Notes under the pieces: generated by a model
The model's input: the letters and a program-made list of their open reading frames with translations, nothing else
What the model was told of the DNA's origin: nothing
Databases searched by the model: none
NCBI GenBank assembly: GCA_043822705.1
Contig: JBDRBK010000115.1
Coordinates: 1-64,000, forward strand
DNA: 64,000 nt
DNA from: Fidelibacterota bacterium
Lineage (GTDB): Bacteria; Fidelibacterota; Marinisomatia; Marinisomatales; TCS56
Direction of reading: 5' to 3'
Translations under genes and position numbers: made by a program
Shown here: in pieces, positions 10,143 through 20,005 of the stretch
Layout of the letters: the number at the start of each line of letters is the position of its first letter
Position numbering within the stretch: position 1 is the stretch's first letter

Positions 10143-11459
10143 ATGGGAAGAATTTGCACAGCCAGACTATTGTTAACGATGACGCTGCTGGTCGGTGCGA
10201 TCTGCTGCACCGATTGCTCGCGATCGCGGTCGGAGAGTGCTGAGTATCTGCTGACTTACTGGTCGTCCACCAATCCCCATGAAATCGAACTGTCGGAAGA
10301 ACTGGTGGCGGAATGGAATGAACTGCATCCGCGAATGAAAGTAAAACTGCAGCCCCTGCCGGAGGGGCGCAGCGGTGAGGAAGTCCTGATCATCGCTGCC
10401 GCCGGTGGCACGGCGCCGGACGTCTGCTCCAACGTACCGCCGATCGTCGTCCCGCTGCTGGCCCAGGCCGCGGCGCTGGTCCCGGTTGATAATTTCACGG
10501 ACGGACGTTCGTATCTGGCGGAGCGGATCCCCGCCGAGCTGCTGAATACCTTCGTGTCCAGCGACGGTCGGTTGTACCAGATTCCTTGGAAGGGGAACCC
10601 GATCATGGTGCAGTACAACACCGGAATCTTGAAAGAAGTTGGTTTCGAACAACTTCCTGCGACCTGGTCGGAGTGGAATCATCTGGCTGCTTTGGTCAGC
10701 GGCGATACCGACGGCGACGGCCGCGACGACCGCTGGATGGCCGACCTGAATATCATTGCGGAATGGCGTCAGAGGCTGTTCGATTTCTATCCCTTTTTCA
10801 TCGCCGCCAGCCACGGGGAAACGTTGTTGAGAAACAACCGTGACATCAATTTCAATACCACAATTACACGGGATATTTTTGAATTTTACGGAGTCGGTTT
10901 TCGCAACGGCTGGTATGCCAATTCGATCTGGATCGGTGACCAGTATCTTCAGGGCCACATGGCGGCCCATATTACCGGTCCCTGGAATATCTCCCATACC
11001 GAACGCTTCAAGCCACCGGGCTTCCAGTATGATTTCGGGCCGATCCCGGTACCGGATGGTTTTACCGGCGATCACTACACTTTCGGCGATCCAAAAAGTA
11101 TCGGTATCTTCTCCACCTCCGAACATCCGGCGGAAGCCTGGGAATTCGTAAAATTTCTGATCTCCCGCGAGGCGGACGGGAAACTCCTTGAAATCTGCGG
11201 ACAGTTGCCTTTGCGTAAAGAATTGTTATGCGACACCCTGTATGCTGAATACTTCAGTAAAAATCCGCACATGCGAAAATTCGCCGAACTGGTGCCGTTC
11301 ACCCGTGGCTTCGATCAAAGTCCTGCCTTGCAGGAGGTTTTCGATGCTATTAATGAACAGTTCGACGCCGCCTGTATCCAGAACCGCCGCACTGCCGATG
11401 AAGCATTAAAAAGGGCCGTAAAAAGAAGCGAAAACGTATTAAAGGCCAGGGGTAATTAA
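10143..11459 (+). CDS. Sugar ABC transporter substrate-binding protein
   Basis: 'AAAGGTAPDV', 'DGRLYQIPW', 'PATWSEW', 'EAWEFVKFL'; directly precedes two permeases. Confidence 0.9.
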   Translation: MGRICTARLLLTMTLLVGAICCTDCSRSRSESAEYLLTYWSSTNPHEIELSEELVAEWNELHPRMKVKLQPLPEGRSGEEVLIIAAAGGTAPDVCSNVPPIVVPLLAQAAALVPVDNFTDGRSYLAERIPAELLNTFVSSDGRLYQIPWKGNPIMVQYNTGILKEVGFEQLPATWSEWNHLAALVSGDTDGDGRDDRWMADLNIIAEWRQRLFDFYPFFIAASHGETLLRNNRDINFNTTITRDIFEFYGVGFRNGWYANSIWIGDQYLQGHMAAHITGPWNISHTERFKPPGFQYDFGPIPVPDGFTGDHYTFGDPKSIGIFSTSEHPAEAWEFVKFLISREADGKLLEICGQLPLRKELLCDTLYAEYFSKNPHMRKFAELVPFTRGFDQSPALQEVFDAINEQFDAACIQNRRTADEALKRAVKRSENVLKARGN

Positions 11460-12320
11460 ATGTATAACCGGGAAAATCTGTCAGGACATATATTGGCTGC
11501 TCCTTACTATATCTTTTTTGCCCTGTTCATAGCCTATCCGCTGATTTTTTCATTTATTTTGGTATTTCACCGCTGGTCGATCGTAGGACCACTGGAGTGG
11601 GTGGGATTGAGCAATTTTGTGGAACTGGCGGGTGATCCTTTATTTTGGCGTTCAATCCTGAATACAATCGTGTTTATTCTGATTCATGTTCCGCTGCAAG
11701 TGTTCTTTGCACTGGTGTTGGCGGCTATCCTTAATAGTAAAATTCCGGCCCAGGGTGCGTTTCGGGCGGCATTTTTTCTGCCTGTGGTTGTTTCCGGAGT
11801 GGCCGTCACCATACTCTGGAAACAAATATTCTCAACGAATCTCGGTATCCTCAACCAGGTCCTCCATCTGGTTGGGATCGGACCGATTCCTTGGGTAACC
11901 GATCCATCCTGGGCCATGCCTTCCATCGCCATGATGGCCACCTGGAAAAATATTGGCCTGTACGTCGTCCTGTTTCTGGCCGGATTGCAGGGCGTTCCCC
12001 GGCATCTGTACGAAGCGGCTGATATGGACGGCGCCACCGGCGTTCAGAAGTTCTTTCATATCACTGTGCCGGCGATTAATCCGGTCCTGCTGATGGTCCT
12101 GATCCTATCCACACTAGGTGGCTTCAGCCTGTTTATCGAACCCTATGTCATCACCGGCGGTGGCCCGATGAATTCGACCTTATCGGGTGTGCTGTATATC
12201 TATCGTCAGGCGTTTTCATTTTTCCGGATGGGATATGCTGCGACCATCGGGTTCGCCCTGGCGGCCATAGTCATGACCGTCGTGGTAATCCAGCGCCGGT
12301 TTGTGGAGCGGGAGGTATAA
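11460..12320 (+). CDS. Sugar ABC transporter permease (MalF/UgpA-like)
   Basis: EAA motif 'LYEAADMDGA'; multiple hydrophobic segments. Confidence 0.95.
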   Translation: MYNRENLSGHILAAPYYIFFALFIAYPLIFSFILVFHRWSIVGPLEWVGLSNFVELAGDPLFWRSILNTIVFILIHVPLQVFFALVLAAILNSKIPAQGAFRAAFFLPVVVSGVAVTILWKQIFSTNLGILNQVLHLVGIGPIPWVTDPSWAMPSIAMMATWKNIGLYVVLFLAGLQGVPRHLYEAADMDGATGVQKFFHITVPAINPVLLMVLILSTLGGFSLFIEPYVITGGGPMNSTLSGVLYIYRQAFSFFRMGYAATIGFALAAIVMTVVVIQRRFVEREV

Positions 12321-13145
12321 ATGAGGCCAAACAATATCAATAGATTTATCCTGGTTATGTTTCTGTTTGTTCTGGCAGTATTGTTCATCTACCCCTTTTT
12401 CTGGATGATCGGTGGGACCCTCAAGCCGGAAGCGGAAGTAATGACCTTCAGTCCTTTCGGCAGCAGTTGGTCGCTGGACAGTTATAAAGCAATGCTGTCC
12501 AAAATTCCAATGTTTCAGGCGCTGTTCAACAGTCTGCTGGTTTCGGTGATATCGACCATCAGCGTACTGGTATCGTGTTCGATGCTGGGGTATGCTTTGG
12601 CCCGCCTCCGGTTTAAAGGACGCAGTTTGATTTTCAATGTCATCCTATTTACCATGGTTCTGCCGTTCCAGCTTACATTGATTCCACTGTACGTATTGAT
12701 GGTGAAATTCGGCTGGGTGGACAGTTATGCCGCCCTGATCATTCCCTATACAATGAGTGCCTTTGCGATTCTGCTCTTTCGTCAGTTTTTTCAGCAGGTA
12801 CCCCAGGACCTGATTGATGCCGCCCGGATCGACGGCCTGGGAGAAATGGGGATTCTTTTCCGGATTTTCTGGCCGCTCTCGAAGCCGGCCCTGATCACTG
12901 TTGGAATCATCCATTTCATGGGCATGTGGAACGACGCTCTTTGGCCGATGATTGTGGTGCGCAAATTATCAATGATGACCATGCCGCAGATGGTTGCTTT
13001 GTATGCGGTTGGAGGCCAGGCCGAATCACAGATCGGTACCCAGTTGGCTGCCGCCACTTTAATGTCCTTACCGATAATAATAACTTACCTGGTGCTGCAA
13101 CGGCATTTCATTCAGAGCATGGCCACATCGGGCCTTAAAAGTTGA
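12321..13145 (+). CDS. Sugar ABC transporter permease (MalG/UgpE-like)
   Basis: 'LIDAARIDG', 'GYALARLRFKG'. Confidence 0.95.
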   Translation: MRPNNINRFILVMFLFVLAVLFIYPFFWMIGGTLKPEAEVMTFSPFGSSWSLDSYKAMLSKIPMFQALFNSLLVSVISTISVLVSCSMLGYALARLRFKGRSLIFNVILFTMVLPFQLTLIPLYVLMVKFGWVDSYAALIIPYTMSAFAILLFRQFFQQVPQDLIDAARIDGLGEMGILFRIFWPLSKPALITVGIIHFMGMWNDALWPMIVVRKLSMMTMPQMVALYAVGGQAESQIGTQLAAATLMSLPIIITYLVLQRHFIQSMATSGLKS

Positions 13146-13196
13146 AATGGCAGATATCAATAAGATGAAGATGCAAATTAATTCAAGGAATCCGCA

Positions 13197-14084
13197 ATGA
13201 AGCTGAATCGACTTACTTCCCGGCCGGTGATGGAACCAATTGACAGTCATGAATGGGAAAGATCAGCCGTCTTCAATTCCGCCATGGTATATCATGCAGG
13301 ATTATTCCATGCCGTCTACCGGGCCACCGATCTGGGCGGCCACGAAAAATTCGGCCGTTATATCAATGCGTTCGGATATGCAACCAGCAAAGATTTATTG
13401 CACTGGGAGCGCAAAGATCATCCGATTATGCACAACGATGTTGCCCAGGAACTGCGTGGTCCGGAAGACCCCCGGATCGTTAATATAGATGGCACATTTT
13501 ATATGACTTATACCGGTTTCGGAGACCGTTTCCCCGATGATTACCGGATCTGCCTGGCGACCAGCACCGATCTGGTCGACTGGGACCGTCAGGGAGTAGT
13601 GCTCGACGAACCTAACAAAGATGCGTCACTATTCCCCGAAAAAATTGGTGGGCGCTATTGTCTGTTTCACCGCCGGCACCCGGATATCTGGCTGTGTTAC
13701 TCCGACGATTTGCAGACCTGGACCGACCACCAAATCATCATGCGACCGATCCACGGAACCTGGGAATCGGAGCGAATCGGAATCGCCGGTCCGCCGGTGA
13801 GAACCATGGACGGCTGGTTGCTGATTTATCACGGCGTCGATGAAAATAACAGTTATCGCCTGGGTGCCGCCCTGCTTGATTACGCTGATCCATCCCGGGT
13901 ACTGCAGCGTTACCCGGAACCGATTCTGAGTCCGGAACTGGACTGGGAAATCAATGGTTTCGTGCCCAATGTCATTTTTTCCTGCGCCACAGTGCTGAAA
14001 GATGATACGATCTACTGTATGTATGGCGGAGCCGACACGGTGTTGGGAATGGCAGCAATGCCGGTGGCGGATATTAAATTCTGA
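13197..14084 (+). CDS. GH130-family glycosidase/phosphorylase
   Basis: 'VFNSA', 'GPEDPRI', 'NKDASLFPEKIGGRY', 'WLLIYHGV', 'GFVPNVIF', 'YGGADT'. Confidence 0.9.
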   Translation: MKLNRLTSRPVMEPIDSHEWERSAVFNSAMVYHAGLFHAVYRATDLGGHEKFGRYINAFGYATSKDLLHWERKDHPIMHNDVAQELRGPEDPRIVNIDGTFYMTYTGFGDRFPDDYRICLATSTDLVDWDRQGVVLDEPNKDASLFPEKIGGRYCLFHRRHPDIWLCYSDDLQTWTDHQIIMRPIHGTWESERIGIAGPPVRTMDGWLLIYHGVDENNSYRLGAALLDYADPSRVLQRYPEPILSPELDWEINGFVPNVIFSCATVLKDDTIYCMYGGADTVLGMAAMPVADIKF

Positions 14085-14106
14085 ATACTATGGAATGGCA
14101 ACCGGC

Positions 14107-15321
14107 ATGAAAATCAAAATGTATCAATTAATCCTGCTGGCGGGAGTAGCATTGTCGGCCTGCGGACAACCATCGTCGACTAATCTGGATCACGCATTGG
14201 CGTTGGTAGACAGCATGACCGTTGACGATACGACTTTGGCCTACATCCTGATTTATGCCGACGCACCGGATTATCAACCAGTAGTTGCACAGGGCGAAGG
14301 TATTACCTGCGTTGATGACGTCGGTCGTTTTCTTGAGGTACTGGAATTCAGCATACTCAAAGATGGGCGGTGCGATCTGATTCCGGTGGCCCGTGGCATG
14401 ACCAGGTTTCTGCTGTATATGTCGCGCCTGGACGGTCTGTGGTACAATTTCATGGAAGCCGACGGATCGGTCAACCGGACCCATCAGAACAGTATCGCTC
14501 AATTCGGCTGGTGGGCGATTCGCGGCTTGCGTGGGCTGGCGGCTGCCTATAATATATTGTCGGAAACGGCTCCGGCCGACCCGCTGCTGCCGCTGATCGA
14601 ACAGCGAGTTAAGACGGTGGATGGACCGATCGCCGGGTTACTGGAAAAATATCCGCAGTATGTTGACACCCCCGCTGGGAAAAAACCGGCCTGGATGCCG
14701 GCCGGGGCGCCGGATCAGACCAGTGAATTGGTTCTGGCTCTGGCTAAACTTCATCGGACCGGCAAATTTGATTATTACCAGCCGATCAAACAATTTTCGC
14801 AGGCTCTGGTCGCGACGCAGTTACAACAGCCCGGCCATGATTTGAATGGTATGTACTTCTGCTGGGAAAGTATCTGGCATGGCTGGGGCAATAATCAATC
14901 GCTGGCCCTGCTTTCGGCCTATAAAATAACCGCTGAACCGGCGTTTCTTGGGAGTGTCATCATCTGGGCCGATAACTTCGTCCCCTTTATCGTCGAGCAT
15001 CAATTTCCCCGTCGTCTGGTATTGAATACCGATGGAAGTTATGATATTATTGATTACCCACAAATTGCTTACGGAACTAATGCTGTTTATCAGGGCATCA
15101 GGACGTTGGCCAATTTAACCGGCAGCAATGTCTATCAAAAACAGGCCGAACAGGTTTACGCCTGGTTTCTGGGGAATAACCGTCTGGGGACAGCGTTATA
15201 TGACCTCGCCAGCGGTCGTTGTTACGACGGAATCAACGGACCCGGTTCGATCAATTTGAACTCCGGCGCAGAATCAACGATCGAATGTCTGCTGGCTACC
15301 CAGCTCAGGTCGGCGCAATGA
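14107..15321 (+). CDS. Lipoprotein with an uncharacterised (alpha/alpha)6-like domain
   Basis: Lipobox LSAC; 'CVDDVGR', 'WYNF', 'WFLGNN', 'GRCYDGI', 'NSGAEST' resemble the domain fused to GT4 proteins near GH130 genes. Confidence 0.55.
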   Translation: MKIKMYQLILLAGVALSACGQPSSTNLDHALALVDSMTVDDTTLAYILIYADAPDYQPVVAQGEGITCVDDVGRFLEVLEFSILKDGRCDLIPVARGMTRFLLYMSRLDGLWYNFMEADGSVNRTHQNSIAQFGWWAIRGLRGLAAAYNILSETAPADPLLPLIEQRVKTVDGPIAGLLEKYPQYVDTPAGKKPAWMPAGAPDQTSELVLALAKLHRTGKFDYYQPIKQFSQALVATQLQQPGHDLNGMYFCWESIWHGWGNNQSLALLSAYKITAEPAFLGSVIIWADNFVPFIVEHQFPRRLVLNTDGSYDIIDYPQIAYGTNAVYQGIRTLANLTGSNVYQKQAEQVYAWFLGNNRLGTALYDLASGRCYDGINGPGSINLNSGAESTIECLLATQLRSAQ

Positions 15322-15333
15322 TTGGAAATAATT

Positions 15334-16392
15334 ATGGCAACCGTACAACTACAAGCAGTTAATAAGTCATATACCCGGGATAAGCTGGTAGTCCGGAATT
15401 TCAGTCTGGACATTGCCGATGGTGAATTCATCGTGCTGGTAGGGCCCTCCGGCTGCGGTAAATCGACTATCCTGCGGATGATTGCAGGATTGGAAGAGGT
15501 GACGTCGGGCACGATCCGGATTGACGGAAATGTGGTCAATGATCAACCGCCGAAGGACCGCGATATTGCGATGGTTTTTCAGAATTATGCGCTCTATCCG
15601 CACATGAACGTATTTAAAAATCTGGCTTTTGGTCTGAAACTGCGCAAATATCCGCAGCAGGAAATTACCGAGCGTGTCCAACGCGCGGCGGATATTCTGG
15701 AAATCGGCCGCTATCTTGATAAAAAACCCAAGGAACTGTCCGGTGGGGAACGGCAGCGTGTGGCCCTGGGGCGGGCGATCGTACGCGATCCCAAAGTATT
15801 TCTTTTTGATGAACCGCTGTCTAATCTTGATGCCAAGCTCCGCGTGCAGATGCGGGCTGAGATTAAGAAACTCCACCGTGATTTGAAAACAACGATGATT
15901 TACGTCACCCATGACCAGGTCGAAGCGATGACGATGGGCGATCGGATCGTTATCCTGAAGGATGGCGAAACTCAGCAGGTCGGGTCACCGCTGAACGTTT
16001 ATCAGGCACCGGCCAACATGTTCGTGGGCAGTTTTATCGGTTCGCCAGCGATGAATTTCATCAATGGTACAGTCGTGGGCGGGCGATTCATCGCCGGTGA
16101 CCTTCGCATCGACTTACCGGAGACAATGCCCAAGTTTGCCGACTCCCAATCGCTGGCGCTGGGAATCAGACCCGAGGACATCCTGATTGACCAGGGTGAC
16201 ATCACGGCCGAGGTACTGGTGACCGAACCGCTGGGAAGCGAAACGATAATCCACCTGCTGCTGGAGCAAAATCCACTGGTCGTTAAATGTCAGGCCCTGG
16301 TGTTTTACCCGCCGGGTGAGCGTCTGGCAATCAAATTCAAACCGGACCGAATCAGACTGTTCGACCGGGAATCGGGCCGGCCGGCCGATTAA
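15334..16392 (+). CDS. Sugar ABC transporter ATPase (MalK/UgpC/MsmX family)
   Basis: Walker A GPSGCGKS, signature LSGGERQR, 'FLFDEPLSNLDAKLR', C-terminal TOBE domain. Confidence 0.97.
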   Translation: MATVQLQAVNKSYTRDKLVVRNFSLDIADGEFIVLVGPSGCGKSTILRMIAGLEEVTSGTIRIDGNVVNDQPPKDRDIAMVFQNYALYPHMNVFKNLAFGLKLRKYPQQEITERVQRAADILEIGRYLDKKPKELSGGERQRVALGRAIVRDPKVFLFDEPLSNLDAKLRVQMRAEIKKLHRDLKTTMIYVTHDQVEAMTMGDRIVILKDGETQQVGSPLNVYQAPANMFVGSFIGSPAMNFINGTVVGGRFIAGDLRIDLPETMPKFADSQSLALGIRPEDILIDQGDITAEVLVTEPLGSETIIHLLLEQNPLVVKCQALVFYPPGERLAIKFKPDRIRLFDRESGRPAD

Positions 16393-16443
16393 TCAGCTGA
16401 TACAACCGCATAAATTTTATCACCCGTTTCGTGACCATTAATC

Positions 16444-17769
16444 ATGGATAGAAAATATTCAGCGGAATTCCGACCCCTGTTAACAGACCGGGCACTACAA
16501 GTACTGTTTTCCAACCGGATTGAGTTTGCCACCAAGCCGGCCCCCAGTCTGTACCCCCACCAATGGAACTGGGATTCGGCCTTCATTGCCATGGGACTGG
16601 CCCATGTCGACCAGCCCGGCGCGCGGCGGGAATTGAAATCACTATTCCGGGGACAGTGGCGGACCGGAATGATTCCCCACATCCTGTTCGATCCTGAGGC
16701 CAGCAAATATTTTCCGGGATCCGATTTCTGGAATTGCAGGTGCTGTCCCGATGCGGTGACGAGTGTTGAAACATCCGGTATTACCCAGCCGCCGATCCTG
16801 GCCTGGGCAGCACACCAGATTTACAGTGTCTCCGATAAATCAATGGCAGCGCTGGAATTCCTGGATTCGATTTTCGACTACCTGAGTCACTATCAGCAGT
16901 TTTTCCGGCAGTATCGCACCGTCGGTGACGACGGCCTGGTCTGCATTATTCACCCGTGGGAAAGCGGTCTGGATAATTCGCCTTGCTGGGATCCTGTACT
17001 GGAAAACATCGAATCAGCCGCTGAATTGGAATACAAGCGTTCCGATACCAGGCTGGTGTCCGATCAGGAACGACCTACCGACCGTGATCACTCTCGCTAT
17101 GCCGGGCTGGTGGAATTATTTCGCAATAATGGTTATGACCAGCGGGCTATTCTGAAAACCAGTCCTTTTGTAGTTCAACCGGCGTTGTTTAATACGCTCC
17201 TATGTATCGATCTGGATGCGCTGATCCGGATTGGGTCTTTGCTTGGTCGTCCCACGGCCGAAAGCCAGGAATGGCGGTCGCAGTTGAAAAATTCCCTCAA
17301 TGATAAACTGTGGGATGAAACAGCCGGCTTTTACGGTGATTTTGATTTGGTCAATCAGTGCCTGATCAGACAGAACACCATTGCCGGTTACCTGCCGCTG
17401 GCAGGCGAAATTCCGGATGAGCAGCGGGCCCGGCGAATGATAACGACGATTATTGACGCCAGCACATTCTGGCCGGCCGATGGTTATCCAGTGACTACCG
17501 TGGCTATGACCGCACCGGAATTCGATCCGGTCAAGTATTGGCGCGGACCGGTCTGGATTAATATTAACTGGCTGTTGATCCGTGGTTTACGCGCATACGG
17601 CCACAACGACAGCGCCCGAGAATTGACAGACCGGACCGTTGATCTGATCGAAAACCATGGTTTTTATGAATACTTCAATCCCTTCAGCGGGCAGGGATGT
17701 GGCACGGACCTGTTTTCCTGGACGGCCGCCTTGCTGATCGATTTGCTGGCTGAGGTTGAGCGCCGGTAA
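16444..17769 (+). CDS. MGH1/GH63-like glycoside hydrolase (glucosyl/mannosylglycerate hydrolase-like)
   Basis: 'LYPHQWNWDSAF', 'SGITQPP', 'HPWESGLDNSP', 'YWRGPVWIN', 'FYEYF', 'FSWTAA'. Confidence 0.9.
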   Translation: MDRKYSAEFRPLLTDRALQVLFSNRIEFATKPAPSLYPHQWNWDSAFIAMGLAHVDQPGARRELKSLFRGQWRTGMIPHILFDPEASKYFPGSDFWNCRCCPDAVTSVETSGITQPPILAWAAHQIYSVSDKSMAALEFLDSIFDYLSHYQQFFRQYRTVGDDGLVCIIHPWESGLDNSPCWDPVLENIESAAELEYKRSDTRLVSDQERPTDRDHSRYAGLVELFRNNGYDQRAILKTSPFVVQPALFNTLLCIDLDALIRIGSLLGRPTAESQEWRSQLKNSLNDKLWDETAGFYGDFDLVNQCLIRQNTIAGYLPLAGEIPDEQRARRMITTIIDASTFWPADGYPVTTVAMTAPEFDPVKYWRGPVWININWLLIRGLRAYGHNDSARELTDRTVDLIENHGFYEYFNPFSGQGCGTDLFSWTAALLIDLLAEVERR

Positions 17770-19177
17770 TACCGGTGGAACCGCCATAAATATACTCAGC
17801 CACAACGAGTTGATCGTTCGGGCCAGCGCTGCGGTCCGCGCGGCCCAGACACAGGTCCAGGATGATCCACTGCGACCGGGTTACCATTTTACAGCTCCGG
17901 CCCACTGGCTGAACGATCCGAACGGTCCCATTTATTTTGATGGTGCCTATCACCTGTTCTATCAGCACAATCCCTTCGGCCCGGAATGGGGTAACATGTC
18001 CTGGGGCCATGCCTGCAGCAAGGACCTAGTCCACTGGGAGCATCTTCCTGTTGCCTTGACACCGGGTCCGCACAGCTATGACCAGGACGGCGTATTTTCC
18101 GGTTCCTGTGTTATCCACAATGGTGTCCCAACCATCCTATACACCGGTGTTCAGCCGGAGGTTCAATGTCTGGCACAAAGTTTTGACGGTATGAACACCT
18201 GGATCAAAGAGTCCCGTAATCCGGTAATCGCTGGTCCGCCACGGGATGACCTGACCGCCTTCCGCGATCCGTTTGTCTGGTATGAGGATCAGGATTGGTA
18301 TATGATCGTCGGTTCCGGGATCAAGGGGATCGGCGGGGCGGCCTTGTTGTTCCGCTCTCACGATCTGCTGGAATGGCAGTACCTGCATCCATTTTGTACC
18401 GGTTTCGGTGCGATCTGGGAATGTCCCAATTTTCTGTGGCTTGGCGGTCGGCCGATCCTGATAGTGTCGCCGGAGGATACGGTACGGTTTGCGGTCGGTG
18501 AATACCGAAACTATCGATTCATACCAGAAAATTGGAAAATCCTGAATGTGGGTGGTCCCCGGGAATTTTATGCGCCCAATACGCTGCAGGACGACCAGGG
18601 ACGGACTATTATGTGGGGCTGGATTCAGGGCGGCGGGAGTCCCGGTTTTCCGTGGCAGGGAATGCTGTCTTTGCCGCGCATCCTGAATCTGGACGCTCAT
18701 GATAATCTGCTACAAATGCCAGTCCCCGAACTGGCTGTCCTGCGCCAACCGGGATATTCCTTAGCAAGAGTTGAGATTAGCAATGGCATGTTACCGGTAA
18801 TATATGGGGACAGTTGGGAAATGATAATTGAATTCGAATCGGAGCGGATCGGGAATTTTCTTTTTTCATTGAACTGTCCGGTAATTGAACTGGATATCCT
18901 GACGATCAAAATCACCGACAACAATCAAAGGATCACAATCAATGGACATAATCAAAACTTTGATTTAAACGATAAAAGCAGTTTGTCGTTACATATTTTC
19001 ATGGACCGTTCGGTCTGGGAAATATTCATCAATCACCAGATTTGCTCCACCGGCCGGTTTTATCGACCAATCACCGGTGAAATAAATTGTATCCTGAAAA
19101 CCGGAAATGACCGGGATTACTTGAAAAAATATAAATTCTGGCCGTTACGTGCGGCGGACTCCAACCTCAACGAATAA
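17756..19177 (+). CDS. GH32 beta-fructofuranosidase-family protein
   Basis: Catalytic motifs WLNDPNG, FSGS, FRDP, WECP; start position uncertain. Confidence 0.93.
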   Translation: MSAGNTGGTAINILSHNELIVRASAAVRAAQTQVQDDPLRPGYHFTAPAHWLNDPNGPIYFDGAYHLFYQHNPFGPEWGNMSWGHACSKDLVHWEHLPVALTPGPHSYDQDGVFSGSCVIHNGVPTILYTGVQPEVQCLAQSFDGMNTWIKESRNPVIAGPPRDDLTAFRDPFVWYEDQDWYMIVGSGIKGIGGAALLFRSHDLLEWQYLHPFCTGFGAIWECPNFLWLGGRPILIVSPEDTVRFAVGEYRNYRFIPENWKILNVGGPREFYAPNTLQDDQGRTIMWGWIQGGGSPGFPWQGMLSLPRILNLDAHDNLLQMPVPELAVLRQPGYSLARVEISNGMLPVIYGDSWEMIIEFESERIGNFLFSLNCPVIELDILTIKITDNNQRITINGHNQNFDLNDKSSLSLHIFMDRSVWEIFINHQICSTGRFYRPITGEINCILKTGNDRDYLKKYKFWPLRAADSNLNE

Positions 19178-19256
19178 CCGGCCGTGATTGTACCGGTCTT
19201 TTTAGAATATATGCTATTAGGCCGTCAGTGGATGTTCCTGACGCGCAATCGAATCG

Positions 19257-19580
19257 TCAAACTTTGTTCTGTTGATTCCCCGGCACGATCACGCTGAAAG
19301 TCGTACCAATCCCGACCGTGCTGTCGACCAGCAATTCGCCGTTGTTTTTGCGGACGAATTCGTGGCAGAGCACCAGTCCGATACCGGAACCTGTCTCACC
19401 TTCGGTTCCATTCCGTGATTCATGGCCGGCGATTTGGAACAGGTTGACCAGCACCGGTGCCGGGATGCCCGTACCGTAATCCCGGAAATTGATACGGACG
19501 TAGCCGTTTTCCCGGAAAGCAGATATTTCGATGTCGCCACCCCGACGTGAGAATTTGATCGCGTTATTCAGCAGGTTGGA
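19257..19580 (-). pseudogene. 5'-truncated histidine kinase ATPase (HATPase_c) domain
   Basis: In-frame N box 'NLLNNAIKFS', G1 'DYGTGI', G2 'GSGIGL', 'GTTF'; no H-box or start codon upstream. Confidence 0.85.
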
Positions 19581-19988
19581 GCACCGATGGATGTGTACAT
19601 AGATCCTGAAAATATGTTTGTCGGCAGTTTCATTGGATCACCGGCGATGAATTTTATTGAAGGACAGATCGATAACAGAATGTTTCGCAGTGCGGGTGTG
19701 GAAATTGATATCAGCGATTTGGAATATCTGGATGACAATTACCCGACAATTATTCTTGGTGTCCGCCCGGAGGACATTCAAATTGGCGGAGGTCCAACAA
19801 TGGCGGAACTGATTGTCGCTGAACCTTTGGGAAATGAGACTATTCTCCACCTGCAAATCGGAAAGAGTACCGTTGTTGCACGGGTAACGGCCAGCATTAA
19901 CGAAAAGCCAGGCGCCCGCTTGCCGGTAAAACTGGCACCAGAAAAAATCCTGTTTTTTAATAAAGATTCCAAGAAAAGAATTAAGTAA
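19561..19988 (+). pseudogene. 5'-truncated second MalK-type ATPase (C-terminal/TOBE part only)
   Basis: 'IQQVGAPMDVYIDPENMFVGSFIGSPAMNF' aligns with the 15334 gene; Walker motifs are absent. Confidence 0.85.
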
Positions 19989-20005
19989 ATAATGATGAAA
20001 ATTGA

